From positions 4,820,578-4,884,577 of the forward strand of contig CP136572.1 of NCBI GenBank assembly GCA_035193785.1: a stretch of 64,000 bases of DNA, written 5' to 3'. Each line of letters opens with the position of its first letter. Position 1 is the stretch's first letter. This DNA comes from Planktothrix sp. GU0601_MAG3. GTDB taxonomy: Bacteria > Cyanobacteriota > Cyanobacteriia > Cyanobacteriales > Microcoleaceae. The notes below the pieces were generated by a model. The model ran no database searches. It was not told the origin of the DNA and was given only the letters and a program-made list of their open reading frames with translations. Of this stretch, positions 1 to 14,046 are shown one piece after another. The position numbers and the translations under genes are program-made.

Positions 1-75
1 ATTTGATAATAATTCCGAAAATTTTGCATAGGTTGATGCTAGGATTTTAAAGGTTAAATTTTAAGTTAAATTTAG

Positions 76-103
76 TAGAAACCCGGTTTCTAGGGGGTTT
101 CTA
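76..103. repeat. Palindromic AGAAACCCGGTTTCT element just after the dnaK stop; possible terminator
   Basis: tagaaacccggtttcta near-palindrome at 76-92. Confidence 0.5.
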
Positions 104-109
104 AGGTGG

Positions 110-2145
110 TTACAACCAATCATCATCATCATCCCAATTATCAGTTTGAGTCGGGCGACGGGAACGAGTTGTACCCCCGCCCAAACTACTACCATTATTA
201 CTAATATTACTGCGTTGGTCATAACGGGGATAACTGCGAGTTTGAGGTTCATAGGGATCAACTCGACGTTTTTCACCGGAAAAAGTGCGGCGAATAGAAC
301 CAAATAAATCATCTTCATCGTCCTCCGTTGCAAAAACGGAAACTTCCCGATTTAACTCATATAGAGCATCCTGTAAATCCACACTAATTTGATCAATTCC
401 TCGATCATCATCCCGTTCTAAACTATCTCTTAAAGAACGAATTAAGGTTTCAATTCTTGACCGTTGACGTTGAGCAAATTGCATCCCATAATCTAAGGCT
501 ACTTCCCTTAATTGTCGTTCTGCTTGATAGGTTAAAGCCTGGGCGCGGTTGCGTTTTTCGACCTTTTCCCGTTGCAAACGGTCAACTTCTGCATACTTTT
601 CCGCATCCTTAATCATGCGATTAACTTCGTCTTGGGAAAGGGTAGAAGCCCCCTGAATAATTACACTTTGTTCCCGTCCGGTGGTTTTATCTAAAGCGGT
701 AACTTGTAAAATGCCATTGGCATCAATATCTAGCGCCACTTGAACTTGAGGAAACCCCACGGGGAGCGGGGGGAATTCCAGTTAACTTAAACCGTCCTAA
801 AGATTTATTATCAACGGCTAATTCCCGTTCTCCTTGTAAGATATGAACTTCTACTAAAGTTTGATTATTTTCAGAGGTGGAAAAAATATCAGAACGCCGC
901 ACAGGAATAGTTGTATTGCGAGGAATTAATTTTTTCATCACCCCCCCAATGGTTTCTAATCCTAGGGATAACGGAGTTACATCTAATAATAAAACATCCC
1001 GCACCTCTCCCCCCAAAATACCCGCCTGAATCGCCGCCCCAACGGCCACCACTTCATCGGGATTAACCCCTTGATTGGGTTCTAAATCAATTAAACTTCT
1101 TACTAATTGTTGTACCATGGGCATTCGGGTAGAACCCCCCACTAAAATCACATCATCAATGTCATTAGCGGTTAATCCGGCATCGGCTAAGGCCTGTTTC
1201 ACCGGACGGCGTAACCGTTGAATTAAATCCCCACATAACCCCTCAAATTCCCCCCTAGTTAGGCGAATTTCTAAGTGTTTAGGGCCGTCTTCGGTAGCAG
1301 CAATAAAGGGTAAATTAATATCCGTAACTCCCACCCCGGAAAGCTCTATTTTAGCTTTTTCGGCGGCTTCTGTTAAGCGTTGTAAAGATTGGCGATCGCG
1401 TCTTAAATCCACCCCTTCTTCTGATAGAAATTGTTCCGCTAACCAATCGACAATTTTCTGATCAAAATCCGTGCCGCCCAGTTGGGTATCTCCACAGGTC
1501 GATTTAACTTCAAATACCCCTTCTCCCACCTCCAAAATTGAGACATCAAAGGTGCCTCCCCCCAAATCAAAAACTAGAATAGTGCCATAATCTCGCCGTT
1601 CCAAACCATAGGCTAAAGAAGCCGCCGTCGGTTCATTTAAAATGCGTTTAACGTCTAATCCGGCAATGCGTCCGGCGTCACGGGTTGCTTGTCTTTGAGA
1701 ATCATTAAAATAGGCGGGAACCGTAATTACAGCCCCGGTAATTTCTTCCCCTAAATATCGGGTCGCTTCTTCGACTAATTTTTTTAAGATCATCGCCGAC
1801 AGTTTCCTCCGGGGCAAAATCCTTATTCACCCGGGGACATTTAATCCGAATATTATCGGTTTCATCCCGTCGCATCGTGTAGGGAACCCGTTTTGAGGCG
1901 GCGGTGAGGTCAGAATAGCGACAACCCATGAGTCGCTTTACCCCGTAAAAGGTATTTTGGGGATTTAAAACCGCCTGTCGTCTAGCCATCTGTCCCACGA
2001 TGCGTTCTCCTTCCTTGGTAAACCCAACGACGGAGGGGGTGGTTCGCATCCCTTCAGAGTTAGCAATCACAACGGGTTTACCGCCCTCCATGACCGCAAC
2101 CACGGAGTTCGTTGTTCCCAAGTCAATGCCGACTACTTTGCCCAT
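110..2145 (-). CDS. dnaK3: Hsp70 chaperone DnaK, DnaK3 type (3 ORFs joined over 2 probable indel errors)
   Basis: [45 protein letters not shown]; acidic C-terminus WDDDDDWL typical of cyanobacterial DnaK3. Confidence 0.93.
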
Positions 2146-2316
2146 GCGTTGCTTATCTCCTTGTCTATATGGTTTCTGGCTAGATCAATCCTATTGTATC
2201 GTGTTGTTACGCAGTGTAACGTCTGACCGATCTAGTGAACCCATAAGGAGTAATATTTTCGCCAGAAAAAATCCCCCGAAATCTGTGGCGGGGGATGGGG
2301 GAAAATACTTGACCTA

Positions 2317-3202
2317 TTATAAGTAACTGGAATCCAAACTTTTTGCTTCTTCTTCCGTTTGGGGTAGATGTAAACCACATTCCTGTTTTAAACCCCGGAA
2401 ACGAGTATCCCGTTCATTTTCATCCGTTGCCATTAAAGGACGGCTAGAATGCCAATCTCCTACGGTGGTATAACCGAGATCAAAATAGGGATGGTAGGGC
2501 AAATCATGGGCGGTTAAATATTGGTAAATATCCCTAGAATTCCAAGACAAAATCGGATGAACTTTATATCTTCCTGACTGTTGAACCACCGGATTTAAGG
2601 TTTTGCGATGATGGGTTTGATCGGCCCGTAATCCCGCTAACCAAGCCGTAGCTTTTAATTCTTTTAAAGCCCGTTGCATTGGTTCAACTTTACGAATTTT
2701 ATCGTAATAGTTTAAGGATTCAATATCATCTTTTTCCCATAATCGACCGCGTATTGCTTCCATTCGAGCCGGACTGATGGGAGATTGATAGACTTTTAAA
2801 TTGAGGTTGAGGCGTTTCTGTTAACTGTTCGGCAAAAATATAGGTTTCTGTGGGTAAATAACCCGTATCAACCCAAATAATCGGAATATTCGGAACAACG
2901 CTAGTGACTAAATGCAACATCACCGCCGCTTGAATACCAAAACTGGTACTCATAACTAAGCCATCACCAAATATTTCCGCCGCCCACTGGACAATCGTAA
3001 TGGCATCGGCATTAATCAATAGTTGATTGGTGGCATTCAAATCGAGTTCAAGTTGTTGAATCCCTTGAATTGCCTTATGCTCTGAGGTTTGATCCCGATG
3101 ATCACGGTGCTGTGTCCTAGGGGTGTGACCGTTAGTAACGGGAGAAGATATAGCTCCGAGATTCCCGTTGATATTGGGATCGATCAGATTTAATTGTGGC
3201 AT
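2317..3202 (-). CDS. cysH: Phosphoadenylyl-sulfate (PAPS) reductase (1 frameshift)
   Basis: [29 protein letters not shown]-terminal ECGLH. Confidence 0.95.
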
Positions 3203-3561
3203 AGTTTTTGTGGTTTCCCTTGTTAGTAAACAATAAAGGGCCTTGGGAATTGACTTAACACCGGATTACCAGGGTTAGTCATTTTCGCGCTTTCTAACCT
3301 TATGCAAAGGGTTTGGAACACCCCTACAGCTAAACCGACCCTAACATTTTGTGACTTTATGGATTCTATTATAAAATTTTACAGCAAATATCTATGCAAC
3401 GATCAGATTAGAAGTTGACTGCTAACTGTTAAGTTATGGAAAATTTGGGTATAAAACCCCTAACTTCTGGGACATATTTATATTAGAATTAGGAATCGCC
3501 GCCCTAAAAATGCGGTGAGGATGTCAAGCTAGTGTTGCTGATATATGCTGATGATTCCTGT

Positions 3562-4701
3562 ATGACTAGCACCCTAACTTCTGTTCCCTTTGTTGATTTG
3601 AGTTTGATCCACGAACCCATTAAACTCGAAATTCAAGCCGCAATCCAGGCTGTAGTGGATAAGGGTGACTTTGTTTTAGGTCAAGCCCTAACAGAATTTG
3701 AAATCGCCTTTGCTAAGGCCTGTGGTGTGCCCTATGGGGTAGGAGTGGCCAGTGGCACCGATGCGATCGCCCTGGGTTTACAAGCCTGTGGAATTAAACC
3801 TGGGGATGAAGTTCTGCTTCCGGCTAATACTTTTGTGGCTACCCTGATCGGGGTATTACACGCGGGGGCTACCCCCATATTAGTCGATTGTGACCCCCAT
3901 ACAGCCCTAATTGATCTGAATCATGCGGCTCAGGTGGTCACTAAAAAAACTAAAGCCATTATTCCGGTGCATCTCTATGGCCAAATGGTTTCCCCCCATC
4001 AACTGTTTGCTTTTGCTCAGGCTCATAATTTAATTATTTTTGAAGATGCAGCCCAGGCCCACTTAGCCGAGCGAGAAAGTTATGGTGCGGGAAGTATTGG
4101 GTTAGCTGCGGCTTTTAGTTTTTATCCGAGTAAAAATTTGGGTGCTTTTGGGGATGGGGGGATGGTTGTAACCCAGAATGAAGTTGTTGCCCAAAATCTG
4201 CGGAGTCTTCGCAATTATGGTGCACCGCAGAAATATCTCCATACCGACAAAGGCACAAATAGCCGTCTTGATACCTTACAAGCTGCTATTTTAAATGTTA
4301 AGTTACCCCATTTAAACACTTGGAATCACGATCGCAATTTTGCCGCTGAAAAATATGATGCGTCTATTCTATTATTGCGAGAACGGGGTATTATTCCAAT
4401 TGAAAATCAGAGTGCCGATGGTCATGTTTATCACCTCTATGTAATTCGGGTAACGGAAGAATCGGCGGTTAACCGTGATACCCTCAAAGATAAATTAACA
4501 GAACAGGGAATACAGGTTGGAGTGCATTACCCAATTCCTTGCCATTTACAACCAGCTTATCAATATTTAGGTTACAAACAAGGAGACTTTCCTCAAGCTG
4601 AAAAATTAAGTCAGCAAATTTTATCCTTACCCATGTATCCGGGATTAACAACTAACCAAATTAATCGAGTTTTGACATCGATTGGGTCTGTTATATCTTA
4701 G
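3562..4701 (+). CDS. DegT/DnrJ/EryC1/StrS PLP-dependent sugar aminotransferase
   Basis: SGTDA, PVHLYGQ, EDAAQAH, SFYPSKNLGAFGDGG, NSRLD, LSLPMYP. Confidence 0.95.
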   Translation: MTSTLTSVPFVDLSLIHEPIKLEIQAAIQAVVDKGDFVLGQALTEFEIAFAKACGVPYGVGVASGTDAIALGLQACGIKPGDEVLLPANTFVATLIGVLHAGATPILVDCDPHTALIDLNHAAQVVTKKTKAIIPVHLYGQMVSPHQLFAFAQAHNLIIFEDAAQAHLAERESYGAGSIGLAAAFSFYPSKNLGAFGDGGMVVTQNEVVAQNLRSLRNYGAPQKYLHTDKGTNSRLDTLQAAILNVKLPHLNTWNHDRNFAAEKYDASILLLRERGIIPIENQSADGHVYHLYVIRVTEESAVNRDTLKDKLTEQGIQVGVHYPIPCHLQPAYQYLGYKQGDFPQAEKLSQQILSLPMYPGLTTNQINRVLTSIGSVIS

Positions 4702-4798
4702 ATCCTCCTAAATTTCTTGGGTGAGCAAATCCCTTGGGCGAGGTTTCCTCGCCCCTGTTTTTAGCTCTAAGGTCAACGGTTAACCGTCAATAATTCTT

Positions 4799-5695
4799 AT
4801 GAAAATCAGTCATAAAATTCCAATCACGCTGGAAAAATCTCTATTAAATTGGATGATTGTTTTGTCAATGGTGTTGTTGTATGCGCCCGTTTTAATTTAT
4901 TGGTATGACGGTTGGCTACATAAAACCATCGGCATTGAACATGAATATTTTAGTCATGGTTTAATTGGTTTACCCTTTGCTGCTTATATTACCTGGACAA
5001 AAAGGCATCAGTGGAAACGTTTACCCAATACCAGCCATCCGTTAGGCATCGGATTAATTGTGATTAGTGGTATTTTTTATGGGAGTGGATTATCGGATTT
5101 AGTTAATTTTTCCTTTCCTTTAATGTTGACAGGACTTTGCCTATCGTTTAAGGGAATTGAGGGCTTAAAATTACAGAAAATGCCCTTAGTGTTTGTATTA
5201 CTAGCAACTCCCAATTATTTGCCCTATTTAATAGAACCCCTAGCCTTACCTTTGCAGAAATTTATTGCTAATGTTGCCGGATTTATTTTAATTCAGTTTA
5301 ACTTGAATGTTCAGGTGGAACAAATTTATTTGTTTGTGAATGATCAAATTGTTGAAGTTGCCCCACACTGTTCCGGGTTAAAAATGTTATTTACCAGTCT
5401 TTATGTCGGATTGATGTTACTGTACTGGACAGGACTTTTAAGTTCAAAAAAATTAAGTGTTTTCTTTTTAGTGAGTGCGGCTCTAATTAGTGTTGTTGCT
5501 AATATTATTCGCAATACTTTATTAACGCTGTTTCATGGTACAGGTCAGGATGGGTTATTCTCATGGCTCCATGAAGGTTGGGGCGGAGATTTATATTCAG
5601 CCTGTATGTTGGGTTTATTAGTTGTCTTAATTAATGGCTTACAATATTATGTGGAAATCGATTCCACAGATAAATTAGAACAACCCGATCAATAA
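4799..5695 (+). CDS. Cyanoexosortase B
   Basis: Multi-TM protein with EHEYFSHG, catalytic VAPHCSG, NIIR and HEGWGG exosortase motifs; EPS locus context. Confidence 0.9.
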   Translation: MKISHKIPITLEKSLLNWMIVLSMVLLYAPVLIYWYDGWLHKTIGIEHEYFSHGLIGLPFAAYITWTKRHQWKRLPNTSHPLGIGLIVISGIFYGSGLSDLVNFSFPLMLTGLCLSFKGIEGLKLQKMPLVFVLLATPNYLPYLIEPLALPLQKFIANVAGFILIQFNLNVQVEQIYLFVNDQIVEVAPHCSGLKMLFTSLYVGLMLLYWTGLLSSKKLSVFFLVSAALISVVANIIRNTLLTLFHGTGQDGLFSWLHEGWGGDLYSACMLGLLVVLINGLQYYVEIDSTDKLEQPDQ

Positions 5696-5814
5696 ATATT
5701 TATTGATTACTGATAGGTTGATGATAACTCAATTCTACCGATAAAAAATAACTGATATATCACTACCAATTAAGGTATTTGAAAATACTAAACCTCCTAA
5801 CCTGCCCATAACCT

Positions 5815-5918
5815 ACTATTGCCTATTGCCTGTTCCCTGTTCTCGTTCGACCGTTCGACAGGCTCACGGCTCACGACGCAGCCTGTTCCCTGTTCCCTGT
5901 TCCCTGTTCCCTGTTCCC
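5815..5918. repeat. CCTGTTC/CCTATTG heptamer tandem repeats with an embedded CGTTCGACAGGCTCAC element
   Basis: Repeats read directly in the intergenic gap. Confidence 0.85.
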
Positions 5919-5934
5919 TAGCTCTATAACCGAT

Positions 5935-6627
5935 ATGATTCTGCAACAAAAACAGTCTAAAATTATCATTGTCATCTTAATGATGGTATTATTAATAGGT
6001 GCAGGACTGCCGGGCTATATTAATAAAAAGTGGTCATGGATGGATATGCCCCAACTCAAAACCTTGCCCCAACTTCAAACCATTAGAAAAGAAGGTTTGA
6101 CGATTCCAGGCTGGCAAACAGTTAAAATTGAACCATTGAACACGGGCAGTAAACAGTGGTTAAAACAAGAAATAAAACAGAATAATCAGACAGCAACGGT
6201 GCTATTATTTCCTCAAAATTACTATAAAGATCAGCCCCAACTGGAATGGATGGATCTGAATGGGTTATTTGGGTGGAAAACCGATGATTTCAGTTATGAT
6301 AGCTTTTTCATAAAACCCACCGCCCAGAAATCCGACCCGGTTGAAATTGAAGTTCAATTTTTTAGGGCCTGGACTGCAACTCAGAACTGGGCCGTGACTC
6401 AGTGGTACGCTTGGCCCCAGGGTGGCAATCCCGCCCCGAGTCGTTGGTTTTGGATTGATCGTTGGGCCCAACTCCATCGGCATCGCGCCCCCTGGGTGGG
6501 TGTTAGTCTTTTGATTCCGATTAAACCCTTAGATAATATTCAGGATGTCTGGCCCGTGGCCGTTTCCCTGGGTGAAAGTGTACAAGCATCCTTAATGGCT
6601 GAAGCCTTAGCTACCACAACTCCTTAA
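5935..6627 (+). CDS. Cyanoexosortase B system-associated protein
   Basis: N-terminal TM; QPQLEWMD, QWYAWPQGGNPAPSRWFW; directly follows the exosortase. Confidence 0.82.
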   Translation: MILQQKQSKIIIVILMMVLLIGAGLPGYINKKWSWMDMPQLKTLPQLQTIRKEGLTIPGWQTVKIEPLNTGSKQWLKQEIKQNNQTATVLLFPQNYYKDQPQLEWMDLNGLFGWKTDDFSYDSFFIKPTAQKSDPVEIEVQFFRAWTATQNWAVTQWYAWPQGGNPAPSRWFWIDRWAQLHRHRAPWVGVSLLIPIKPLDNIQDVWPVAVSLGESVQASLMAEALATTTP

Positions 6628-6630
6628 TGG

Positions 6631-8305
6631 ATGTTGCTTGATTATTTAACTATGAATCAACGTTGTCGCCAGACCTTTGTATCCCTATTTCTCAGCAGTC
6701 TCTATTCCACCAGTTGGATAGTCTGTTTCGTCGCCTTGCTTTGGGGATTTTCTAACCGACAACGGGCTGTAGCCCAAACCGTCAATCTTCCAGAAAAATG
6801 TGTGATTCCCCAAGGAGTGGTCACCCAACCCTATCCGGGGGCAAAATTACGACCCCCGAGCTTTCCCCAACCCACCTGGCCCCAAATAATCCAACTATTT
6901 GAACGGGCGGGGAGTCCCGTTTTAGACCGTTCTGGACAGCTTCCTCCCCCGATTGATAATATTTATTTCCGGCGTTTAAGTGAAAATCGCGGGGAGAATT
7001 ATCGTCTTGGCCCGGGGGATCAACTCTATATTGATGTGTTTATTAATGGCCAACGTTCTAATGATCTGAGTGTTCCGACTACGGCCGTCACCCCCGACGG
7101 TGCGATTCTATTACCTTTAGTGGGAGCCCTCCGGGTTCAAGATTTAACCTTGGAAACAGGTACAAGCCATTATTAATAGCCGTTTAAATCCTTTTGTCCA
7201 AAATCCCAAAACCAATCTGGCCTTATTAACCCAGCGTCCCGTGCGGGTGACGGTGACGGGGGAAGTGGCCAGACCAGGATTTTATCCCCTGGCTAGTCCA
7301 GAACTCCCAATTGCTTTGACAACGGCCCAGGGAACCACAACGGCGGCGGATTTAAGAATGGTTAAAATTCGGCGCACCTTAGCTAATGGTCAAGTGGTGG
7401 AAACGGATGTGGATTTGCTCACGCCCCTATTATTAGGGGCTAGACCCGTGGATTTGTTACTCGAAGATGGGGATGTCATTGTGGTTCCCTCCCAGGAGGT
7501 GCGGGCCTATCAGGGGCCAACTCGGAATATTTTAGAAACCTATAGTTTGGCCGCCGCCCCCACGGCCGTCGGGATCACCATTGTCGGAGATGTCACCCGA
7601 CCGGGATTTTATCAACTTCCCCCGGGTAGTGGACAGGTAACAATGGCTATTCAAGCGGCTGGTGGGGCAAGAATCACCTCGGATTTACGGTCGGTTTTGA
7701 TTTGTCGGATTACCACTGATGGTCGCTTAATCGAGGATATTATCGATTTGTATACTCCTATTCAAGAAGCTACGGCTTTACCAAATGTTTCGTTACAGAA
7801 TGGCGACGCTATTATTATCCCGAAACTACAACCGGATGAAGGGTCAGGTTATGATCAAAGGTTGGTAGCTAAATCAACCTTAGCCAGTCCTCAAATTACG
7901 GTGAGAATTTTGAGTTATCCTGTGAATACGGTGGGAACGGTAGCATTACAAAATGGCAGTAGTTTTATTGATGTATTAAATTCCGTTCCTTTGAATTTAG
8001 CGGATTTGCAGGAAATTGCTTTAATTCGTTATGATCCAGAAACGGGAAAACCCACAAAACAACTTTTAAATGGTACAAATGTATTAGCGGGGGATGCCAC
8101 GGATAATGTTTTATTACAAGATAATGATGTGATTGTTGTTAACCGCAATTTAATTACTCGGGTGAGTTTTGCTTTAAATACTTTTACTCAACCTTTTCGC
8201 GATATTCTCGGATTTCTACTATTTTTCCAACAGTTACAAAACGGGGTGGAAAATTTATTTAGTCCTGGTGGTAGTAGTAGTGGTAGTAGTAACAAGAAAA
8301 AATAG
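6631..8305 (+). CDS. Polysaccharide export protein, Wza/SLBB domains (1 frameshift near 7165)
   Basis: YRLGPGDQL, PDGAILLPLVG, repeated VTGEVARPGFY / L.DGDVIVV SLBB units. Confidence 0.9.
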
Positions 8306-8341
8306 GTTGTTACCCATTCATAATTCGTAATTCATAATTCC

Positions 8342-10949
<2,608 letters not shown>

Positions 10950-10983
10950 GATTTAAAGTTTTGGGTTGCAAAATCAAAAATTG

Positions 10984-10992
10984 TGTTATAGT
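10984..10992 (+). promoter_or_regulatory. Extended -10 promoter of ffs
   Basis: TGtTATAGT 6 nt upstream of the SRP RNA 5' stem; TTGCAA at 10966. Confidence 0.55.
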
Positions 10993-10998
10993 AGTAAA

Positions 10999-11094
10999 TG
11001 ACCTGGACTTATGCGATTGGAACGCCCAAATCTTGTCAGAACCGGAAGGTGGCAGCAATACGGGATGCTTCTAATAGGCGTAAACTCCGGGTCA
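10999..11094 (+). ncRNA. ffs: Signal recognition particle RNA (small bacterial 4.5S)
   Basis: Domain IV motif GTCAGAACCGGAAGGTGGCAGC; terminal stem TGACCTGGA/TCCGGGTCA followed by a T-run. Confidence 0.93.
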
Positions 11095-11199
11095 CTTTTT
11101 TGAGACGATATCGGGATTGAAAACGGATTATAGACCAAGTTGATTAACCGTTAGCCAGCAAGTGTCTAATTAATAATATTTTAAGAAACTGGAGTCGTT

Positions 11200-11557
11200 A
11201 TGGCGGGTTTCGGAGATCTTGTCCAAAAAGCGGTTTATTTAGGGGTAGGTTTAGCCTCCTATGCGGGCGAAAAAGCCAGTAAAACCCTAGCAGAATTACG
11301 CACAGATGCCCAAAAACTAGCCGATGAGCTAGTCAAACGGGGGGAAATGACCACAGAAGAAGCACGTCGTTTTGTGGAAGATACGATTCAGCAAGTGCAA
11401 CAACCGGGGAAGGAACCCACATCCCCACCCAAAAAACCAGAAACCTCGTCGGATTGAGATTTCGGATGATGATGATTCTGGGGATAATGGAGTTGATCAG
11501 TTAAAAGATAAGGTGCGGGATTTACAGGAGGAGTTGCGGCGTCTCCAGAAAGATTAG
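11200..11557 (+). CDS. Phasin-like/PHA granule-associated family protein (1 frameshift)
   Basis: QKAVYLGVGLA...DELVKRGEMTTEEA; C-terminal coiled coil in the shifted frame. Confidence 0.75.
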
Positions 11558-11682
11558 GAGGTTAACCCGACAAAAAAAATTCAAGGTGAAGGGTTAAATA
11601 AATCGCGCTATACTGGAATTCTGGTATAGCTGTTTTTTGCTATATTTTATATAAATTATTTAGAAAACTGGTTATCAGTGTC

Positions 11683-12093
11683 ATGGAAGATTGGTCAAAA
11701 AGTATTGTAGAAGCGATAGAAACAACCGTTTCTGACATGGAGAAGTTTTTTACAGACGTGACTGAAGAATTGAACGAAATACTAAACGAACTCACCAAGA
11801 TCTCGGAAGAAATTACCGATGAGGTACAAAATAAAATTCTTCCCGAACTGGATGAATATATCAATGATATCTTTGAACCGATTATTGATATTTATTTGGA
11901 TTTGGATTTAGAGGACGAGAATGAACATTTTGATCCCTTTGTCACATACGTTCAACCCACGGAAACCGAACACCCCGCTTGTCGAGGATGTCAACATTAT
12001 CACGGACAAGTTTATGGGGGAAATTTATTAGTTTGTGGAATGCACCCGATGGGCGCTGAAGCAGAAACCTGTCCAGACTGGGAAGGGGAATAG
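11683..12093 (+). CDS. Hypothetical acidic protein with C-terminal Cys/His motif
   Basis: Clean ORF; CRGCQHYHG...CGMHP...CPDW. Confidence 0.75.
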   Translation: MEDWSKSIVEAIETTVSDMEKFFTDVTEELNEILNELTKISEEITDEVQNKILPELDEYINDIFEPIIDIYLDLDLEDENEHFDPFVTYVQPTETEHPACRGCQHYHGQVYGGNLLVCGMHPMGAEAETCPDWEGE

Positions 12094-12095
12094 GG

Positions 12096-12174
12096 ATCAC
12101 GGATTTAAGAGGATTTCACGGATTTCACAGATTAAAATCTGTGTTAATCTGCGTAATCCTCTTAAATCCGTGAT
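12096..12174. repeat. Long hairpin element with ~20-bp inverted arms
   Basis: atcacggatttaagaggatt ... aatcctcttaaatccgtgat. Confidence 0.8.
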
Positions 12175-12294
12175 AGGTAATGGGGATTGATTTTTTTTGT
12201 GTTCTAATAATTTAGTTTCTGACTTGGGATCATGAGTTAATAAATTCACTATTAACTGATAAATCTTACACTGATAACTGTTAACTGATGACTG

Positions 12295-13662
12295 ATGACT
12301 GATAATTGTATTCCTCAAATTCCCTTATCTTTGCATCTACGAGAGTATCAACAGCAAGCGGTGAATAACTGGTTTGCCAATCGAGGGCGGGGAACGTTAA
12401 AAATGGCAACGGGAAGCGGTAAAACTATTACTGCTTTAGCGATCGCTACTCAGTTATATGGTCAAATTGGATTACAGGCAATTATCATTATTTGCCCCTA
12501 TTGCCATTTAGTAATTCAATGGGAAAAGGAGGCTAAAAAATTTGGATTACAACCGATTTTAGCTTTTGAAAGTGTCCGCCATTGGCAAAAACAATTATCG
12601 GCGGAACTCTATCAATTGAGGTCTGGAACTCAGTCTTTTTTAACGGTTATTACTACTAATTCTACCTTAATTTCTGAGGGTTTGCAATCTCAAATCCGTT
12701 ATTTTCCAGAAAAAACTTTAATTATTGGGGATGAAGCCCATAATTTAGGAAGTCCCAAATTAGAAGAAAGTTTACCCCGAAATATTGGCTTGAGATTAGC
12801 CCTTTCTGCGACTCCTGAACGACATTTTGATCAAAGTGGTAGCGATGCTATTTTAGATTATTTTGGGCCAGTCTTACAACCGGAATTAACTCTAGCTGAA
12901 GCCATTCGTCAAGGGGCGTTAGTACAGTATTTATATTATCCGATTTTAGTAGAATTAACTGAAGCTGAAAGTCGAGCTTATCATCGATTAACCACTCGTA
13001 TCGGTTGGGCATTAATCAAGGATAAAGACTGGGAACAGAACGAAACTATCACCGCTTTATTAATTCAAAGATCTCGATTAATTGCCTCCGCCAGTAATAA
13101 GTTAGATGCCCTACGCCAGTTAATGAAAACTCGGTTAGATACAACCCATACTTTATTTTATTGTGGGGATGGAAGTGTAGAAACCTTAGAGGATTATTCC
13201 CCCCGACAATTGGAAGCAACGGTTGAATTATTGGGGTCTGAATTGGGTTATCGGGTGAATACTTACACCGCCGAAACTCCTTTAATAGAACGGGAAAAAT
13301 TACGCCAACAATTTGAACAGGGAGAATTACAAGGGTTAGTTGCTATTCGTTGTTTAGATGAAGGAGTTGATATTCCGGCGATTAAAAATGCGGTAATATT
13401 AGCCAGTAGTTGTAATCCTCGGCAATTTATTCAGCGACGGGGAAGAATATTAAGACCCCATCCAGGGAAAGAAAGGGCAACGTTATTTGATATGATTGTA
13501 TTGCCACCGGATTTAGATAGAAATACCTTAGAAGTTGAACGGAATTTGTTAAGAAAAGAGTTAAAACGGTTTTTAGAATTTGCCAATTTAGCTGATAATG
13601 CTGGGGAAGCCAGATTAAAATTACTTCAGTTACAAAAACGATATGGCTTATTAGATTTATAA
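12295..13662 (+). CDS. SF2 (XPB/ResIII-like) helicase resembling the dnd-associated 'phosphorothioation system restriction enzyme' family
   Basis: LREYQ Q-motif, MATGSGKT, DEAH, LSATP, CLDEGVDIP, QRRGRILR. Confidence 0.85.
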   Translation: MTDNCIPQIPLSLHLREYQQQAVNNWFANRGRGTLKMATGSGKTITALAIATQLYGQIGLQAIIIICPYCHLVIQWEKEAKKFGLQPILAFESVRHWQKQLSAELYQLRSGTQSFLTVITTNSTLISEGLQSQIRYFPEKTLIIGDEAHNLGSPKLEESLPRNIGLRLALSATPERHFDQSGSDAILDYFGPVLQPELTLAEAIRQGALVQYLYYPILVELTEAESRAYHRLTTRIGWALIKDKDWEQNETITALLIQRSRLIASASNKLDALRQLMKTRLDTTHTLFYCGDGSVETLEDYSPRQLEATVELLGSELGYRVNTYTAETPLIEREKLRQQFEQGELQGLVAIRCLDEGVDIPAIKNAVILASSCNPRQFIQRRGRILRPHPGKERATLFDMIVLPPDLDRNTLEVERNLLRKELKRFLEFANLADNAGEARLKLLQLQKRYGLLDL

Positions 13663-13680
13663 TCCTATTTACAATTATTT

Positions 13681-13727
13681 CGTTGTTGGGCTTTAGCCCC
13701 TCCCCGGAGCGCTGAAGCGCAACAACG
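13681..13727. repeat. REP-like palindromic element
   Basis: cgttgttg GGCTTTAGCCC ... GCGCTGAAGCG caacaacg. Confidence 0.7.
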
Positions 13728-13805
13728 GGCAACAATAGCAAGAAGTTGACAAAATATTGTAATATTGAGGGTAGTGGCGACTGCCATAATAAGGGGATAA
13801 TTAAA

Positions 13806-14046
13806 ATGTTTAAATATTCTGAAAGTATTATTACCACCATTGCTAATGTTTTTTCTGAGAAAAAATCTAGTTATGGGGATAATATTAATCCTAAAGATGC
13901 CCAAGACCCGATTATCAATGCTTCCCCGGAGGTGCGAGAAATTATTGAACGGGTATTACAGGCGGAAACGCGATAAATTGTATATGAAAAATCCCCGCAA
14001 TATTAATGATGATATTCTCAAAATTATTAAGGATGTAGTGAAATGA
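13806..14046 (+). CDS. Small helical protein (~79 aa) coupled to the ATPase (1 frameshift near 13967)
   Basis: Joined reading MFKYSES...EVREIIERVLQAERDKLYMKNPRNINDDILKIIKDVVK; ATGA overlap with the next gene. Confidence 0.7.

Noticed and set aside
723..1817. Programmed frameshifting or pseudogenisation of dnaK, ftsH, clpR and others
   Set aside because: Too frequent, hits essential genes, and has no consistent slippery motif; sequencing error is more parsimonious.
2317..3202. DndC of a phosphorothioation system
   Set aside because: Short canonical CysH with ECGLH terminus, 9 kb from the DndD-like gene and on the other strand.
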